DNA from: Macrostomum hystrix | Taxonomy: Eukaryota; Animalia; Platyhelminthes | Reading direction: 5' to 3' | NCBI GenBank assembly: GCA_950097015.1 | Contig: CATNEN010000033.1 | Span: 3,658,001-3,722,000 of the forward strand | DNA length: 64,000 nt | In this document: positions 12,195-24,254 of the stretch, piece by piece | Numbering within the stretch: the first letter of the stretch is position 1 | Layout: every line of letters starts with the position of its first letter | Program-made: the position numbers and the translations under genes | Notes under the pieces: generated by a model | Told to the model about the DNA's origin: nothing | Database searches by the model: none | What the model saw: the letters and a program-made list of their open reading frames with translations, nothing else

Positions 12195-14131
12195 GGCTCT
12201 GGCTGAAAATTGATCACAATGTACATCAGTCCTATTGGAGGAGTATGCCGATAGTACCCTGCAAGACAAATAAACTAAACTACCTTGCAATGCATCGCCT
12301 AGTGACATATTAGATGGCCAAGTTTTTTTAATGCTGTAATGTATAGTATAATTACTCATGCTACCCAAGTGTTAGGAAGAATATCCACAACTTACAATGC
12401 TCCAATGTGTTACACTGTATCAAAGCAGTCTTATAAAAATATCTTTTTTTACCATTTGATATAAATAACAGTAATTTTTATTCTATGTGGTGTATGTACA
12501 TGAGATATGAATTGTCTTGTAATTTGTTTAATTGAATATTGTATTCTTATTTTCTTATATCTATGTTAAGTTATGAATATGCAGAATAAAAAATTTCCAA
12601 AGTATATTTTTATAAAGTCATTTAAAACTTTTCCTTAGTTGCTAAAATATACAAAATAGCTTTTAAGTATACAGTTCCCTTGTAGCTACAGATATAGCTA
12701 TCAGAAGTTACTATAGGAAACCAAAATGTACACTAAGGTCAATGCCAGCACAGCTAGACGAATATAAACAAGTTGTCACTATAGCACTTGATTACAAGAC
12801 CAAATGGCTAAACTAAATAATGGCCACACACATAATTTAATTTTAATGAAAGGAACCCATGTGCCATGTAGCTGGCAATTTTTCCTAATACTTGTGCAGT
12901 TTTTGTTTAAAATAACTATGCTCCTGCTGAGCTACACCCTGTAAAATAAATTTGCTAGAACATTTTTATGCTAGGAATGATAGAATTACTAACAAGCCTG
13001 GCTGCAAATGTGAGGCCCAAAAGTGTACATAGGCAAATTACCTTTGTTTGAATGCATCTATGAATTTCTGGACATTAGTATGAACTTAGCAGAATTTAAG
13101 TTTTATTTTTATACTTAACAATCGTATTGCCAGTAGCCACTATCTAGTTTGCTAGTTTAGTTTGATTACAATTGGTAAGTGTGGTTCAATAGCTCAGACT
13201 GGCCCCCAGCCACATGGTCAACATTGGATATGCCATTCAAACAAGAAAACTTTAAGGGTAGCAAAAAACACTATCAGTTTAATACCTTATTACACCTACC
13301 CAAACCTATTGGCATGGCCATGATGGGTTTTACTGGTTAACAAAACTGCTAGCCTTCAAGGCAGCCACTATTATTCTATAAGTTACTTATTTGATGTCTT
13401 GTATGCTACTTATCCTTAGGCTCTGAAATATCCTAAAAGTGTATGAAAGTTTGAATAGGAAACCAAAGTTATGTCCCCTACCCTAATGTACAAAGAAAAA
13501 AAACAATTAGCCATCAAGCTGTGGTTAAACAACATTTGATGAATGTTATACTAACAGGCTTATAGTACCATGCAGCACACATGCAAGTTCTAGGTTCATG
13601 GAATGCATTTTCTAAGTAGGTTTAAGAAAACTTAAATTCAAAGTCAGTTAGTGCTTGAGCATTCTAATTATTAGACTAGGGACCTATATTGCAATATACA
13701 TACTTAAGAATTCAGCTCCCACCATGTTTGCCAATCAGCGACAGCTTCTGATTGCCATCAGCTCATGTTTTTGGCAATTAGCTCCTACCATGATTGACAG
13801 GTAATTTTGTTACTACCACTATTATCTTTTGCTAACAATGATTTCATTTTCTATCTCCTTATTTCCAATCACCATTGTTGTGATATTTGTTAGTATTTGT
13901 GTGGCCACTTCTATTTCTTGCACCTATGTGCATCAATGTTTAGGGAACATCTCTCTTGGTCTTTTTAACTTTCAAATTAAACACTATCAAGACTTTTTTG
14001 ATAGTGCTAAATCTGAACACCTATAAGTTAACATCCTTATTATGTACCTTCTGTACTGCATAATAGTGTGCCACCCAGAAAATGTTCCCAAAGGTGTTGC
14101 ATGGGTGCGTGTACTATTATGCCGTCTGAGC

Positions 14132-14560
14132 GGTTCCTGGACACTTTGTCATCCTACAACTTCGTCATCCAGATGACGCTCTGTCCAATATCTCAGAGGG
14201 TGGATGATGACGAGACTTAGACTTGTGGACACTTTGTCATCTATAAAACAAAAGTTTTCAAAGTTAAAACAGAACCACCCCTCCTCACATCGTGTTGGCA
14301 CCTATCTTTCAACTCTTATAATGAAATCAGTTTTGACACCTCTTTTTGACAATTTAGAGTGTGAAGTGTGTTCACACCTCTGCCCCACCACCCACCCTCA
14401 CTTTATTGATGACGAACTTGCTTGCTTGTTATCAGTAGATGATGAACTGACCAAACTTTAAAGCATGCCAATTGGCTGGATGACAAAGTGTCCTACCTTC
14501 CAAGTGGATGACGAAGTTGTAAGATGATGAAGTTGTAAGATGACGAAGTGTCTAGGATCC
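14132..14560. mobile_element. 429-bp non-autonomous DNA transposon (MITE), probably Mutator/MULE-like
   Basis: ~40-bp imperfect TIRs GGTTCCTGGACACTTTGTCATCC... / ...GATGACGAAGTGTCTAGGATCC; direct repeat GTCTGAGC at 14124-14131 and 14561-14568; no ORF of note. Confidence 0.85.
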
Positions 14561-16061
14561 GTCTGAGCACACTACTAGGCCTATGACATCTGAGTAGGGG
14601 CCTAACATGCAATTGACTCAAAGACACTGTCAGTCATCTGTTCATTGGTTGTTAGTCACATTGTTTCTTGGTTGTTATACAAAACTGTCGTTAACTGTCG
14701 TTTTAAAAACAGTTTGAATTAAACGTGCGAAACTAGAAGATTGCCCAAGTCTGCTTTAGCTGAATCTATTGAAAACTGATAGCCCTTTGAGAAGCTCACA
14801 TTATCATGAAATCTAGTGACATTATTAATTTATATAACACTTAGGCATGGCTTTTTAGCTGGTTATATGCTCACCACATAACCACATATATATTTGTAAG
14901 TAAATTTTTTAACATTGGCAATGAGGATAATGCACAAATTTTAGCTCTTCTGGAATTACTTTAAATTCTGTCGATCGATTACTAATACGTCATTCAACCA
15001 CTTTGCTGATAAAGTCACATGTGCAGACTAAGATGAGCCATAGTTAAACTTTGAATAATTAGTTGAGTAGAATATATTACAAAGAATGGTAGAAACAATT
15101 TTAACTATAAAAAAGTTTAGTTAACGTCAATTTAAATAAGTAAAAACGTGAAGATCAATATATTTTCATTGCCATTCAATAAAAAATTTGGTTTAAGCAA
15201 GTTACAATTTTCTGATGACACATCACTTTCTGCGATTTTTTACCGTAATCCAATAAAAAAGTTTTTGTTAAATTGCTTTTGCATAAAAGTTTTCTACATT
15301 TTTAACTTTAACAAAATCGCTTTTTTACGCGCGAAGCGAAGCTTAATACGATTCATCATTAAATTATTAATTTTCTTATATGTTCGAACCATATCTCAGC
15401 ACATAATTAAGACAATAAATTTAAATATGCGTCTTCTTTACTTAATAGATTGCTTATGTAAAAATTATTTTTTTAAACATTTTAAGATTAAATGAGATTT
15501 AAAAGAATTTATTTAGTAACAATAACACTTATATTCTTAATATTAATTATTATTAATATAACAGTAATATAAGCTAACATCGTGTTTTTGTTAGCCAAGA
15601 CAGTTTTCTTTTTCCAAATGCTGATGCAAGTAAAACAATGCAAGCACAGCATGTAAAAGTAAATTTAAGCTGTCCAGAAAATAGAACTAAAAAATACCAA
15701 ATTACTGAGTGGCACTGGCAGTTGCTATAGGTAGATGTTTTTTGTCTGCTGCCTGTTCATCCTCTGCTCTATTTTCTGCTTAAATAAAAAAATTATTTTT
15801 GTCTGTTGATCAAATTCTCATGTATTTCCACTCATTTCTTGTTTGTTTAAATTAAAGGATCATAACATCTTTTTAGCTTGAGTTAGGGCCTCTAACTACA
15901 AAAATTCATGTACATATTGAATGAGTTTCTATATTACATTTAGAGTTGATTTTTAGTTTAAGTACTAGCAAGTTTTGCCCCCCTTCGGGGAGCAGAAATA
16001 CTTTTAATTCGTCTAGTATATACTTTTTAGCAGCTGAATTTACAGCTTTTTAAAGCTACAA

Positions 16062-16980
16062 TGAACCCCCAGTTGACAATGATCCCCCAGTTGATGATGA
16101 TCCCCTAATTGATGATGATCCCCCAGTTGACAATGATCCCCCAGTTGACAATGATCCCCCAGTTGACAATGAACCCCCAGTTGACAATGAACCCCCAGTT
16201 GACAATGATCCCCCAGTTGACAATGATCCCCCAGTTGTCAATGATCCCCCAGTTGACAATCATCCCACAGTTGACAATGATCCCCCAGTTGACAAAGATC
16301 CCCCAGTTCACAATGATCCCCCAGTTGATGATGAACCCCCAGTTGACCATGATCCCCCATTTGATGATGATTCCCCAGTTGACAATTATCCCCCAGTTGA
16401 CAATGATCCCCCTGTTGACAATGATCCCACAGTTGACAATGATCCCCCAGTTGACAAAGATCCCCCAGTTCACAATGATCCCCCAGTTGATGATGATCCC
16501 CCAGTTGATGATGATCCCCAGTTGACAATGATCCCCCAGTTGACAATGAACCCCCAGTTGACAATGAACCCCCAGTTGACAATGATCCCCCAGTTGACAA
16601 TGATCCCCCAGTTGTCAATGATCCCCCAGTTCACAATGATCCCCCAGTTGATGATGAACCCCCAGTTGACAATGATCCCCCAGTTGACAATGATCCCACA
16701 GTTGACAATGATCCCCCATTTGACAAATATCCCCCAGTTCACAATGATCCCCCAGTTGATGATGATCCCCCAGTTGATGATGATCCCCAGTTGACAATGA
16801 TCCCCCAGTTGACAATGATCCCCAAGTTGACAATGATCCCCCAGTTCACAATGATCCCCCAGTTGACAATTATCCCCCAGTTGACAATTATCCCCCAGTT
16901 TACCAAGATCCTCCAATTGACGATTATCCCCCAGTTTACCTTGATCCCCATTTTGATGATGACTCCCCAGTTGACGTTGA
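16062..16980. repeat. 18-bp satellite (GACAATGATCCCCCAGTT) inside Helitron A
   Basis: Direct inspection; occasional 17-bp units. Confidence 0.95.
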
Positions 16981-16984
16981 TTTT

Positions 16985-19150
16985 TCAAACGCTGGGTTAG
17001 CCATGATTCAAACCCAGGTTTCGCCATGTTTTAAACCCTGGTGGGCTATGATTCAAACTCTCGTTTTACCATGATTCAGACGCTGCTTTTGCAATGATTC
17101 AAACTCTGGTTTAGCCATGATTCAGACTCTAGTTTAGCCATGATTCAAACTCTGGTTTGGCCATGATTCAGACTCTGGTTTAGCCATGATTCAAACTCTG
17201 GTTTAGCCATGATTCAAACTCTAGTTTAGCCATGATTCAGACTCTCGTTTAGCCATGATTCAAACTCTGGTTTAGCCATGATTCAAACTCTGGTTTGGCC
17301 ATGATTCAAACTCGGGTTTCGCCTTGATTCAAATTTAGCCATGATTCAGACTCTGGGTTAGCCATGATTCAAACGTTGGTTTAGCCATGATTCAAACTCT
17401 GGTTCAGCCATGATTCAAACTCTGGTTTAGCCATGATTCAAACTCTGGTTTAGCCATGATTAAACTCTGGTTTAGCCATGATTCAAAGTCTGCTTTAGCC
17501 ATGATTCAAACTCTGTTTTAGCCATGATTTAAACTCTGGTGTAGCCATGATTCAGACGCTGGTTTAGCCATGATTCAAACGCTGGTTTAGCCATGATTCA
17601 AACTCTGGTTTAGCCATGATTCAAACTCTGGTTTAGCCATGATTCAAACTCTGGTTTAGCCATGATTCAAAGTCTAGTTTAGCCATGATTCAGACTCTCG
17701 TTTAGCCATGATTCAAACTCTGGTTTAGCCATGATTCAAACTCTGGTTTAGCCATGATTCAAAGTCTAGTTTAGCCATGATTCAGACTCTCGTTTAGCCA
17801 TGATTCAAACTCTGGTTTAGCCATGATTCAAACTCTGGTTTGGCCATGATTCAAACTCGGGTTTCGCCTTGATTCAAATTTAGCCATGATTCAGACTCTG
17901 GGTTAGCCATGATTCAAACGTTGGTTTAGCCATGATTCAAACTCTGGTTCAGCCATGATTCAAACTCTGGTTTAGCCATGATTCAAACTCTGGTTTAGCC
18001 ATGATTAAACTCTGGTTTAGCCATGATTCAAAGTCTGCTTTAGCCATGATTCAAACTCTGTTTTAGCCATGATTTAAACTCTGTTTTAGCCATGATTTAA
18101 ACTCTGGTGTAGCCATGATTCAGACGCTGGTTTAGCCATGATTCAAACGCTGGTTTAGCCATGATTCAAACTCTGGTTTAGCCATGATTCAAACTCTGGT
18201 TTAGCCATGATTCAGACTCTCGTTTAGCCATGATTCAAACTCTGGTTTAGCCATGATTCAAACTCTGGTTTAGCCATGATTCAAACGCTGGTTTAACCAT
18301 GATTCAAAATCTGGTTTAGTCATAATTAAAACTCTGATTTTGCCAGGATTCAAACTCTGGGTAAGCCATGATTCAAACGCTGGTTTAGCCATGATTCAAA
18401 CGCTGGTTTAGCCTTTATTCAAACTCTGGTTTAGCCATGATTCAAACTCTGGTTGGCCATGATTCAAACTCTAGTTTAGCCATGCTGATGATGATGGTTT
18501 TGCCATGATTCAGACTCTGGTTTAGCCATGATTCAAACTCTGGTATAGCCATGATTTAGTCTCTGGTTTAGCCATGATTCAAACTCTGGTTTAGCCATGA
18601 TTCAGACGCTGGTTTAGCCATGATTCAAACTCTGGTTTAGCCATGATTGAAACTCTGGTTTTGCCATGATTCAGACTCTGGTTTAGCCATGATTCAAACT
18701 CTGGTTTAGCCATGGTTCAAACTCTGGTTTAGCCATGATTCAGACTATGGTTTAGCCATGATTCAGACTCCAGTTTTGCCATGATTCAGACTCTAGTTTA
18801 GCCATGATTCAGACTCGGGTTTAGCCATGATTCAGACTCTAGTTTAGCAATGATTCAAGATCTGGTTTAGCCATGATTCAAACTCTGGTTTAGCCATGAT
18901 TCAAACTCTGGTTTTGCCATGTTTCAGACTCTGGTTTAGCCATGATTCAGAATCTAGTTTAGCCATGATTCAGACTCTAGTTTAGCCATGATTCAAACTC
19001 TGGTTTAGCCATGATTCAGACGCTGGTTTAGCTATGATTCAAACTCTGGTTTTGCCATGATTCAGACGCTGGTTTAGCCATGATTGAAACTCTGGTTTAG
19101 CTATGATTCAAACTCTGGTTTTGCCATGATTCAGACGCTTGTGTGCTATG
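16985..19150. repeat. 23-bp satellite (GCCATGATTCAAACTCTGGTTTA) inside Helitron A
   Basis: Direct inspection. Confidence 0.95.
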
Positions 19151-19326
19151 ATTTATGATATTTTATTTACGAAATGAAAAAAATAAATTAAAATAGTCTT
19201 CAATCACTACTGGCTGAAAATTAGTCTAAATGACTAGCAAGTTATGCCCCCCTTCGGGGAGCAGAAATACTTTTAATTCGTCTAGTATATACTTTTTAGC
19301 AGCTGAATTTACAGCTTTTTATAGCT

Positions 19327-20270
19327 ACAATGAACCCCCAGTTGACAATGATCCCCCAGTTGACAATGATCCCCCAGTTGATGATGATCCCCTAGTTGAT
19401 GATGATCCCCCAGTTGACAATGATCCCCCAGTTGACAATGAACCCCCAGTTGACAATGATCCCCCAGTTGACAATGAACCCCCAGTTGACAATGAACCCC
19501 CAGTTGACAATGATCCCCCAGTTGACAATGATCCCACAGTTGACAATGATCCCCCAGTTGACAATGATCCCCCAGTTGACAATGATCCCCCAGTTGACAA
19601 AGATCCCCCAGTTGACAATGATCCCCTAGTTGACAATGATCCCCCAGTTGACAATGATCCCCCAGTTGACAATGATCCCCCAGTTCACAATGATCCCCCA
19701 GTTGATGATGACTCCCCATTGATGATGATCCCCAGTTAACAATGTTCCTCCAGTTGACAATGATCCCCCAGTTGACAATGATCCCCCAGTTGATGATGAT
19801 CCCCTAGTTGATGATGATCCCCCAGTTGATGATGATCATCCAGTTGACAATGATCCCCCAGTTGACAATGATCCCCCAGTTGACAATGATTCCCCAGTTG
19901 ACAATGATCCCGCCCGTTGACAATGATCCCACAGTTGACAATGAACCCCCAGTTGACAATGATCCGCCAGTTGATAATGATCCCCCAGTTGACAATGATC
20001 CCCCAGTTGACAATGATCCCCCAGTTGACAATGATCCCCCAGTTGACAATTATCCCCCAGTTTACCATGATCCCCCAGTTGACGATTATCCCCCAGTTGA
20101 CCATTTCCCCCTAGTTGACAATGATCCCCCAGTTGACAATGACCCCCCAGTTGACAATGATCACCCAGTTGACAATTATCCCCCAGTTTACCATGATCCC
20201 CCAGTTGACGATTATCCCCCAGTTTACCATGATCCCCATTTTGATGATGACTCCCCAGTTGACGTTGATT
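19327..20270. repeat. 18-bp satellite inside Helitron B
   Basis: Same unit as 16062-16980. Confidence 0.95.
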
Positions 20271-20274
20271 TTTC

Positions 20275-22690
20275 AAACGCTGGGTTAGCCAAGATTCAAA
20301 CTCTGGTTTAGCCATGATTCAAACGATAGTTTAGCTGGTTTAGCCATGATGTAAACGATGGTTTAGCCATGATTCAAACGATGGTTTAGCCATGATTCAA
20401 ACGATGGTTTAGCCATGATTCAAACGATGGTTTAGCCATGATTCAAGATCTGGTTTAGCCATGATTCAGACCCTGGTTTAGCCATGATTCAAACTCTGGT
20501 TTAGCCATGATTCAAACGATGGTTTAGCCATGATTCAAACGATGGTTTAGCCATGATTCAAACGCTGGTTTAGCCATGATTCAGACTTTGGTTTAGCCAT
20601 GATTCAAACGATGGTTTTGCCATGATTCAAACTCTGGTTTAGCCATGATTCAGACTCTGGTTTAGCCATGATTCAAACAATGGTTTAGCCATGATTTAAA
20701 CGATGGTTTAGCCATGATTCAAACTCTGGTTTAGCCATGATTCAAACTCTGGTTTAGCTATGATTCAGACTCTGGTTTAGCCATGATTCAGACTCTGGTT
20801 TAGCTATGATTCAAACTCTGGTTTAGCCATGATTGAGACTCTGGTTTAGCCATGATTGAGACTCTGGTTTAGCTATGATTCAGACTCTTGTTTAACCATG
20901 ATTAAAACTCAGTTTTAGCAATGATTCGAACTCTGGTTTAGCAATGATTCAGAATCTGGTTTAGCCATGATTCAGACTCTGGTTTAGCCATGATTCAAAC
21001 AATGGTTTAGCCATGATTTAAACGATGGTTTAGCCATGATTCAAACTCTGGTTCGCTATGATTCAAACGATGCTTTAGCCATGATTCAAACAATGGTTTA
21101 GCCATGATTTAAACAATGGTTTAGCCATGATTCAAACAATGGTTTAGCCATGATTCAAACAATGGTTTAGCCATGATTTAAACGATGGTTTAGCCATGAT
21201 TCAAACAATGGTTTAGCCATGATTCAAACGATGGTTTAGCCATGATTTAAACTCTGGTTTAGCCATGATTCAAACTCTGGTTTAGCCATGATTCAAACAA
21301 TGGTTTAGCCATGATTTAAACGATGGTTTAGCCATGATTCAAACTCTGGTTTAGCCATGATTCAAACTCTGGTTTAGCCATGATTCAAACGATGGTTTAG
21401 CCATGATTCACACTCTGGTTTAGCCATGATTCAAACTCTGGTTTAGCAATGATTCAAACTCTGGTTTAGCCATGATTGAGACTCTGGTTTAGCCATGATT
21501 CAGACTCTGGTTTAGCCATGATTCAAACTCTGGTTTAGTCATGATTCAGACTCTGGTTTAGCCATGATTCAGACTCTGGTTTAGCTATGATTCAGACTCT
21601 GGTTTAGCCATGATTCAGACTCTGGTTTAGCTATGATTCAAACTCTGGTTTAGCCATGATTGAGACTCTGGTTTAGCCATGATTGAGACTCTGGTTTAGC
21701 TATGATTCAGACTCTTGTTTAACCATGATTAAAACTCAGTTTTAGCAATGATTCGAACTCTGGTTTAGCAATGATTCAGAATCTGGTTTAGCCATGATTC
21801 AGACTCTGGTTTAGCCATGATTCAAACAATGGTTTAGCCATGATTTAAACGATGGTTTAGCCATGATTCAAACTCTGGTTCGCTATGATTCAAACGATGC
21901 TTTAGCCATGATTCAAACAATGGTTTAGCCATGATTTAAACAATGGTTTAGCCATGATTCAAACAATGGTTTAGCCATGATTCAAACAATGGTTTAGCCA
22001 TGATTTAAACGATGGTTTAGCCATGATTCAAACAATGGTTTAGCCATGATTCAAACGATGGTTTAGCCATGATTCAAACTCTGGTTTAGCCATGATTCAA
22101 ACTCTGGTTTAGCCATGATTCAAACAATGGTTTAGCCATGATTTAAACGATGGTTTAGCCATGATTCAAACTCTGGTTTAGCCATGATTCAAACTCTGGT
22201 TTAGCCATGATTCAAACGATGGTTTAGCCATGATTCACACTCTGGTTTAGCCATGATTCAAACTCTGGTTTAGCAATGATTCAAACTCTGGTTTAGCCAT
22301 GATTGAGACTCTGGTTTAGCCATGATTCAGACTCTGGTTTAGCTATGATTCAAACTCTGGTTTAGTCATGATTCAGACTCTGGTTTAGCCATGATTCAGA
22401 CTCTGGTTTAGCTATGATTCAGACTCTGGTTTAGCCATGATTCAGACTCTGGTTTAGCTATGATTCAAACTCTGGTTTAGCCATGATTGAGACTCTGGTT
22501 TAGCCATGATTGAGACTCTGGTTTAGCTATGATTCAGACTCTTGTTTAACCATGATTAAAACTCAGTTTTAGCAATGATTCGAACTCTGGTTTAGCAATG
22601 ATTCAGAATCTGGTTTAGCCATGATTCAGACTCTGGTTTAGCCATGATTCAAACTCTATTTTTGCATTATTCAAACTCAGATTTGCAATG
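20275..22690. repeat. 23-bp satellite inside Helitron B, with an 827-bp higher-order repeat
   Basis: Variant ATTAAAACTCAG at 20901, 21728 and 22555. Confidence 0.95.
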
Positions 22691-23362
22691 ATGTATGATA
22701 TTTTATTTACGAAATGAAAAAAATAAATTAAAATAATCTTCAATCACTACTGGCTAAAAATTAGTTTAAAATTTTCAGTGCAGAATCGAACCCTAGCCTA
22801 GACTTACTTATTCCTAGTGCCTACACATCGGCTATTCCGACTGTTGGTTAGTGGGTGCGGAATTCAGCCTTATAAAATGAATTCTCAAAGTTCTGGCTTT
22901 GTACAATGAAGTAAGAAAATAGAGTACACTCAGTTGTGTACATTTATTTCCAATTTGTCTCCAGAGTGCAGGCTTCAAATTCAATCAGCTAGGGGTTGTT
23001 GCGCAATTTGACGATGCAATTCTAATTCAGTGGCAGTGAGTTAAAATTCTCAATAGGCCAAGATGGTTTGACCTTTGACAAAATCATGTTTTTCGAATAT
23101 TTAATCCCCTTAGCAATGGAGTTAAGCTTAATAAAAATACGTGTAAAATTCTGCCCATATTTCGCATATTTTGGTGAAGAAATGGTGAAAATCGGTTGAG
23201 CCGTTCGGGAGAAAATCAATTACAACCAAGTAAGTAAACAAGTAAACAGTTCATTTTTAGTATATTAGACTAGCAAGTTTTGCCCCCCTTCGGGGAGCAG
23301 AAATACTTTTAATTCGTCTAGTATATACTTTTTAGCAGCTGAATTTACAGCTTTTTAAAGCT

Positions 23363-24250
23363 ACAATGAACCCCCAGTTGACAATGATCCCCCAGTTAAT
23401 GATGATCCCCTAGTTGACGATGATCCCCCAGTTGACAATGATCCCCCAGTTGACAATGATCCCCCAGTTGACAATGAACCCCCAGTTGACAATGAACCCC
23501 CAGTTGACAATGATCCCCCAGTTGACAATGATCCCCCAGTTGAAAATGATCCCACAGTTGACAATGATCCCCCAGTTGACAAAGATCCCCCAGTTCACAA
23601 TGAACCCCCAGTTCACAATGTACCCCCAGTTGACAATGAACCCCCAGTTGACAATGAACCCCAGTTGACAATGATCCCCCAGTTGACAATGATCCCCCAG
23701 TTGACAATGATCCCACAGTTGACAATGATCCCCCAGTTGACAAAAATCCCCCAGTTCACAATGAACCCCCAGTTGACAATGATCCCCCAGTTGACAATGA
23801 TCCCCCAGTTGACAATGATCCCCCAGTTGACAATGATCCCCCAGTTGACAATGAACCCCCAGTTGACAACGATCCCCCAGTTGACAATGATCCCCCAGTT
23901 GACAATGATCCCACAGTTGACAAAGATCCCCCAGTTCACAATGATCCCCCAGTTGATGATGATCCCCCAGTTGATGATGATCCCCAGTTGATGATGATCA
24001 CCCAGTTGACAATGATCCCCAAGTTGACCATGATCCCCCATTTGATGATGATTCCCCAGTTGACAATTATCCCCCAGTTGACCAATACCCCCTAGTTGAC
24101 AATGATCCCTCAGTTCACAATGATCCCCCAGTTGACAATGATCCCCCAGTTGACAATTATCCCCCCAGTTTACCAAGATCCTCCAGTTGATGATTATCCC
24201 CCAGTTTACCTTGATCCCCATTTTGAGGATGACTCCACAGTTGACGTTGT
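23363..24250. repeat. 18-bp satellite inside Helitron C
   Basis: Same unit as 16062-16980. Confidence 0.95.
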
Positions 24251-24254
24251 TTTT

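Larger units (their letters stand above)
19234..23269 (-). mobile_element. Non-autonomous Helitron copy B (~4.0 kb)
   Basis: 5' TCTAATATACTAAAAATG at 23269; same hairpin plus CTAG at 19234-19237; contains the 18-bp and 23-bp arrays and the conserved ~500-bp 5' segment. Confidence 0.88.
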
